A stretch of DNA of 26,748 nt, from positions 1 through 26,748 of the forward strand of contig JBGPFC010000046.1 of the NCBI GenBank assembly GCA_041483195.1, read 5' to 3'. The notes beneath the pieces were generated by a model. The model saw only the letters and a list, made by a program, of their open reading frames with translations. It was not told the DNA's origin and did no database searches. Positions 25,473 through 26,748 of this stretch are shown piece after piece (within the stretch, counting starts at the first letter, position 1; every line of letters starts with the position of its first letter). Origin of the DNA: Candidatus Eiseniibacteriota bacterium (GTDB lineage: Bacteria; Eisenbacteria; RBG-16-71-46). The position numbers and the translations under genes are program-made.

Positions 25473-26390
25473 ATGCGCGTCTCGTCCCTGATCGTCCCCG
25501 CGCTCGCGCTGTGCGCGCTGGCGATCCACGCTCCGGCGGCCGGTGCCGCGACCGTTCCGGACTCCTTGACCCGGCTGCCGCAATGGAGCGAGCCCGCAGA
25601 GTACAAGGTGCGCATGAGCGTCAAGAACGGGACGGAGTCCGTCGTGATCGATCGCTACGTTTCCCGCGGACGATCGCGAACCGACATGGGCGCGCAGGGC
25701 ATGAACTTCAGCATGATCGAGATGGCGGACTCGTCGAGCTACATGCTCGTCCCCGAGCAGAAGATGATCATGAAGACGTCGATGAAGGCGGGCCCCGAGG
25801 GCGGCAAGTCCGGGCCGCCACCCGAGGCGCACGTCACGTTTCTCGGACCGGATTCGCTTGCCGGCCACACGGCGCTCAAGTACCGGATGGATTATGAGGG
25901 CGGCAGCGGCACGGTGTGGGTCGATCCCGCGACGGGCGCCCCGCGACGCATGGAATCGAAGGAAGGCTCGATCGACTGGTCCGACCTCGTGGTCGGCCCG
26001 CAGAAGGATGAGCTGTTCAAGCTCCCGAAGGATTTCAAGACGCTCGACATGGACGAGATGAGCAAGAGCATGGCGGGCGGGGGGATGATGTCCGCGATGG
26101 GTGGAGGCATGGGCGTTTCCCCGATGGGGATGGTGGCCGGAAAGGGAGCGCAGATGGGACAGCAGGCCGCCGAGAACTACGGCGGCACGGTGGGCGCGGG
26201 GATCGGCGCGGGGCTGGGTGGCCCGCTGGGCGCCATGGCCGGGCACTACATCGGCTCGCACGTCGCGGGCTGGATCACCGGGAAGGCCACCCACGCGCTG
26301 ATGCCCGGGATGCAGGGGATGCAGGGCATGCAGGGCATGCCGGGGATGGAAGGCATGCAGGGCGCGTTGCCGGCGAAGCGCCACAAGTAG
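25473..26390 (+). CDS. Secreted protein with a beta-rich DUF4412/LolA-like N-domain and a Met/Gly-rich glycine-zipper C-terminus
   Basis: GGAGG RBS and signal peptide. Motifs LGPDSLAGHTALKY..TVWVD..GAPRRM..DELFKLPKDFK and GGTVGAGIGAGLGGPLGAMAGHYIG. Confidence 0.75.
   Translation: MRVSSLIVPALALCALAIHAPAAGAATVPDSLTRLPQWSEPAEYKVRMSVKNGTESVVIDRYVSRGRSRTDMGAQGMNFSMIEMADSSSYMLVPEQKMIMKTSMKAGPEGGKSGPPPEAHVTFLGPDSLAGHTALKYRMDYEGGSGTVWVDPATGAPRRMESKEGSIDWSDLVVGPQKDELFKLPKDFKTLDMDEMSKSMAGGGMMSAMGGGMGVSPMGMVAGKGAQMGQQAAENYGGTVGAGIGAGLGGPLGAMAGHYIGSHVAGWITGKATHALMPGMQGMQGMQGMPGMEGMQGALPAKRHK
26301..26363 (+). repeat. In-frame 9-bp tandem repeat, 7 copies, encoding (M-[Q/P/E]-G)7
   Basis: ATGCCCGGG ATGCAGGGG ATGCAGGGC ATGCAGGGC ATGCCGGGG ATGGAAGGC ATGCAGGGC. 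Confidence 0.9.
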
Positions 26391-26458
26391 CGGGTTGTGC
26401 TCCGAAGATTGCAGCCGACGGTGAAGCACGTGGTCTCGCACGGGGCACTGACTACCGC

Positions 26459-26748
26459 TCAGATGGCGTAGCGCCGCCGGTGGGTCGCGCAGCGCGGGAT
26501 GACGCGGGTCGTGACCTCCCGCCAGTAGTAGCGTGCCCAGCGGGCGGGGAGCGCGATCCGGGTGGGGAACAGGCGCTGCGCCAGCACCTCGGCGACCGAG
26601 AGCCGCCGCGCGAGCAGCCCCAGTCGCACCGCCGGGGTGGCGTCGCGCCTGCGCTCCGAGAAGCGCTTCAGGTAGTTGCGCCACACCAGGAACAGCCACA
26701 GCCGCTCGATCGCGCTCTGGCGGCGCTTGGAGAACGCGATGGTCTCGC
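26459..26748 (-). mobile_element. 3' end of a transposase-like gene (IS1-related DDE type), truncated by the window edge
   Basis: The frame is open to the edge and reads ETIAFSKRRQSAIERLWLFLVWRNYLKRF..TPAVRLGL..LSVAEVL. The FSK..N..TPAxxLGL pattern is typical of IS1-like transposase C-termini. Confidence 0.6.

Noticed and set aside
26301..26363. Tandem repeat as a CRISPR array or phase-variation tract
   Set aside because: The 9-bp in-frame units have synonymous variation and no spacers, so this is a protein-level repeat.

Overview
Very GC-rich bacterial DNA, densely coding, with about 26 genes and no rRNA, tRNA or CRISPR array that I can recognise. The secreted protein with a C-terminal FlgD-Ig-like sorting domain and the overall gene style suggest an uncultured lineage such as Ca. 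Eisenbacteria (inference only). The centre (about 4.5-16.6 kb) is a divergent cell-envelope glycan locus. Its leftward operon encodes a FemAB-like GNAT protein, a 704-aa polytopic protein, a GT2, a polysaccharide deacetylase and a DUF2304-like protein. Its rightward operon encodes two hexapeptide acyltransferases, an ArnT-like GT-C protein, an FAD oxidoreductase, two atypical GT2s and a DegT aminotransferase. The flanks carry a GH20, an esterase, an exported PepF, two VOC proteins, several secreted unknowns and the 3' end of a transposase-like gene. The best finding is missed by the ORF track: a 179-codon reading frame (24035..23496, minus strand) for a tandem YHS-like protein, interrupted by one in-frame UGA (codon 59). 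That UGA is followed 11 nt later by a SECIS-like hairpin, so this is a candidate selenoprotein.
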